A stretch of 63,336 bases of DNA, counting the filler, from Lenisia limosa (taxonomy: Eukaryota; Protista; Breviatea), in the NCBI GenBank assembly GCA_001655205.1. It is 17 parts of 17 records of this genome, joined end to end, with 100 filler letters (N's around TTAATTAATTAA, not from the genome) between each part and the next. Parts side by side here need not be neighbours in the genome. Positions count along the whole stretch, not along the records: positions 59,832 to 60,994 come from LPNZ01001338.1; positions 61,095 to 62,107 come from LPNZ01000657.1; positions 62,208 to 63,336 come from LPNZ01004520.1; 14 more parts are not named here. The stretch is one strand, 5' to 3'. Shown here piece by piece: positions 60,821 through 63,336 of the stretch. The translations under genes were made by a program, and so were the position numbers. Position 1 is the first letter of the stretch. Each line of letters starts with the position of its first letter. The notes below the pieces were generated by a model, which did not search any database, had not been told where the DNA came from, and worked only from the letters and a program-made list of their open reading frames with translations.

Positions 60821-61599
60821 GTGTAGATGGATCAGTCAAATCCGCCTCTTTTGTGCCCCCTCCGAGGAGGTGGGGTGTGTGTGATAGATTTAGTCTTAAG
60901 TTTGGATAAAAAGGCATGGCGCCCCCTCTCCCTCACCATACTTTTAATACTCGGGTGTTTCGCAGTTTTTTAGCCAACAGAGTTGATTTCTTTTNNNNNN
61001 NNNNNNNNNNNNNNNNNNNNNNNNNNNNNNNNNNNNNNTTAATTAATTAANNNNNNNNNNNNNNNNNNNNNNNNNNNNNNNNNNNNNNNNNNNNGAAACC
61101 TTGGATGAGACAAGGCCAAAAGCAATATTCAGGTCAAATTTGATCGTTAATTATAATATAACTTCACCACAGCCTCCAGAAGATCTGGATTAAGGCTTTA
61201 GGTTACCACAATCAAATACTGGTTACTTAAAAGCAAAAGATGGTTCTGTTGTATGTTACTACTACTACAGCAAGCACTTCATCCAATCATCCCCAATTGA
61301 TATATCCTGAGCTAACGGGGTTAACCAACGAAATGTTTGTTTCACTAAATTACGTTCCATCCAAGATCTTCCATGAGAGTGAAAGACATTTCCTCACTAA
61401 ATTTTCACTGAATTTGGATCTTCGCCTCTTACCCCTTCTCAGCCTGTTCCTTTACATACATAATTCGTTTTTCACATTCTCACATTATAAAACGGATTAG
61501 TTAACTTAGTTGGTTTGTGAAACACCCTCCATTTTATGTTATGGAAATTGTACTTAAGAGGCCGAAAAAGATAAACAAAGTCAATTTGTCATCTTTCAA

Positions 61600-62106
61600 A
61601 AATGCAGCAAGTTCACAAATGGTCTCAAACTTCCGTTCCTCTGAAAAGCAGCGTCCTCCATCTGTTTGGTCACAACCACAAAATGAAGATAACTGTCCTG
61701 TAATTGAAATGCCCCGTCCAAGTCGTCTTTATAACATCAAGCCAATTTCCCATCCCCCTCGTTTTGAGTAAGTTTATTGCATGTTTTCTAACTCTTAGTG
61801 ATGACCTTTGTACACCTGAGAGAACGCAGCTGCAGTTTCAGAAATTCAAGGTCAGAAGACAAGGAAAACGGTAAACTCCAATGTCACCTAGTGACACTGT
61901 AGCACGCAATCCATTCAGGTACATGCAAATTCAAGTACAAAATTAGAACTTTTCCCTGATAACCTTGATGAAGGTATTAAGAAATCGCTTTGTTTAAATG
62001 TTTAGCGTTTTTGAATGGGTCATTGAACAAGTATATTTCAAAAGAGACTCAAGTACCCGTTGCTTCCGCTATCAAAAGACCTCGTCCAAACTTTGCCAAA
62101 TTATCC
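61600..62106 (+). CDS. Hypothetical gene exons
   Basis: ASSQMVSNFRSSEKQRPPSVWSQPQ..HPPRFE|DDLCTPERTQLQFQKFK..ETQVPVASAIKRPRPNF, with GT/AG bounds. Confidence 0.35.
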
Positions 62107-62207
62107 ANNNNNNNNNNNNNNNNNNNNNNNNNNNNNNNNNNNNNNNNNNNNTTAATTAATTAANNNNNNNNNNNNNNNNNNNNNNNNNNNNNNNNNNNNN
62201 NNNNNNN

Positions 62208-63320
62208 CAGCACTGCTTTCAACAAGGCCAACCTTAGCATTGCCTTCAACAATGGCCATCCGCGTCTTGATGGCTTCCATTTTGGCCTCCTAATATGGTA
62301 AGTTTCCATATAAGGTACATACAGTAGAAGAGGTGTTAGTATATAGCATATCTTATTATTATTATATAAATCTTTGTTACCCCCCCCCCCTACTTGCTGC
62401 TGAGCAAGATTGGTCTGCTTTTGAAGGCTTTTTTCTGCCACCACTAGCTTGCTTTGGATGGTGTCGATTCGACCGTCCTTCTCTGCCATAGTCTACGAAC
62501 AAGGTTAATAATGTTGTGAATTGTTGTGAAACAACATTATTGAAATGTATAGTGTATTCCTAACAACATTCAATAATCTTCCATCCCCTCCCCTTGTATG
62601 TTTTATTGTTTATTAACGTTACCCTCACCCTAAAAAAACTGTGTTTCTGACTGTGGAGCCAACTATAGGTGAATTGTTTCAAGATGGCTTATTGATTGCC
62701 CCTCCAAAACTCCCCTTATATCCCCCCACACACNNNNNNNNNNNNNNNNNNNNNNNNNNNNNNNNNNNNNNNNNNNNNNNNNNNNNNNNNNNNNNNNNNN
62801 NNNNNNNNNNNNNNNNNNNNNNNNNNTTCCAGCTCCTAAAACCGTCAAAATGTTCTCGAATAAGATCATTTATATGTCTATCATCGAGAAAACAATTAAA
62901 AAAGGTTCTGGCCAAAGCTGTCACGCTTATACGAGATATTGGATTATAGTATCTGGCCGAAGCTGTCCGCTTATAAGAGATACCTTAGTATTATACTATT
63001 TATTCAGTTATTTACCTTACAACTATGTGACTGATGTACAAACTAGGATTTTATAATAAGACATCAGGATAGCAGAAAACACAATTACAGCAATAACCAA
63101 TGAGAAAACTCGGTTAAAATGTTAATAAATCAAATGACGAAACCAAAGAAAGATAAACAGTTGACTTGTATCCATCCAAAAAGAAAAACAGCATCCCCCC
63201 TCCCCCACAGACCTGTTTCAAGTCGTCTATCTTGTCATTTAGACTGTTCTCAACCCTCTCAGCCTCCTCCATTGCTTCGGCCTTCTCCGTCTTCAGCACT
63301 GCGATTTGCTCAGACTACGG
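62208..63320 (-). CDS. Coiled-coil protein gene, partial
   Basis: Exons VLKTEKAEAMEEAERVENSLNDKIDDLKQ, MAEKDGRIDTIQSKLVVAEKSLQKQTNLAQQQ and KARRGWPLLKAMLRLALLKAV. Confidence 0.5.
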
Positions 63321-63336
63321 CGGTGAGTATTGTTAT

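Overview
Eukaryotic, very intron-dense, AT-rich draft genome from an unidentified protist. The window is about 20 short contigs joined by an artificial N-TTAATTAATTAA-N linker, so synteny across linkers is not trustworthy and most genes are partial. Exons were spliced by eye at GT..AG, so boundaries are approximate. Recognisable genes: a cytoplasmic dynein heavy chain tail fragment, GPATCH1/TOUGH, a membrane-anchored C39-like peptidase, GNL1, a COPI-associated/Tvp15-like protein, a large Cys-rich surface protein, SmD1, a GST, a DOCK GEF C-terminus, AP-3 beta, a CCDC28-like protein, a Pro/Gln-rich protein with a 3-kb exon, UTP15 and a TPKK-repeat protein. The most unusual content is mobile or repetitive. 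(1) A ~140-150 bp non-TIR repeat whose 3' end is the intron acceptor (poly-C + AG) in several unrelated genes. (2) A second, sense-biased intronic repeat carrying a GGC-TTCG-GCC hairpin. (3) Two TA-flanked MITE families plus Tc1 relics. (4) A convergent, intron-containing pair of a transposase-like gene and a P2X7-ballast/KolX-like gene, resembling a Kolobok element. (5) Introns that often start with G-runs and end with C-runs.
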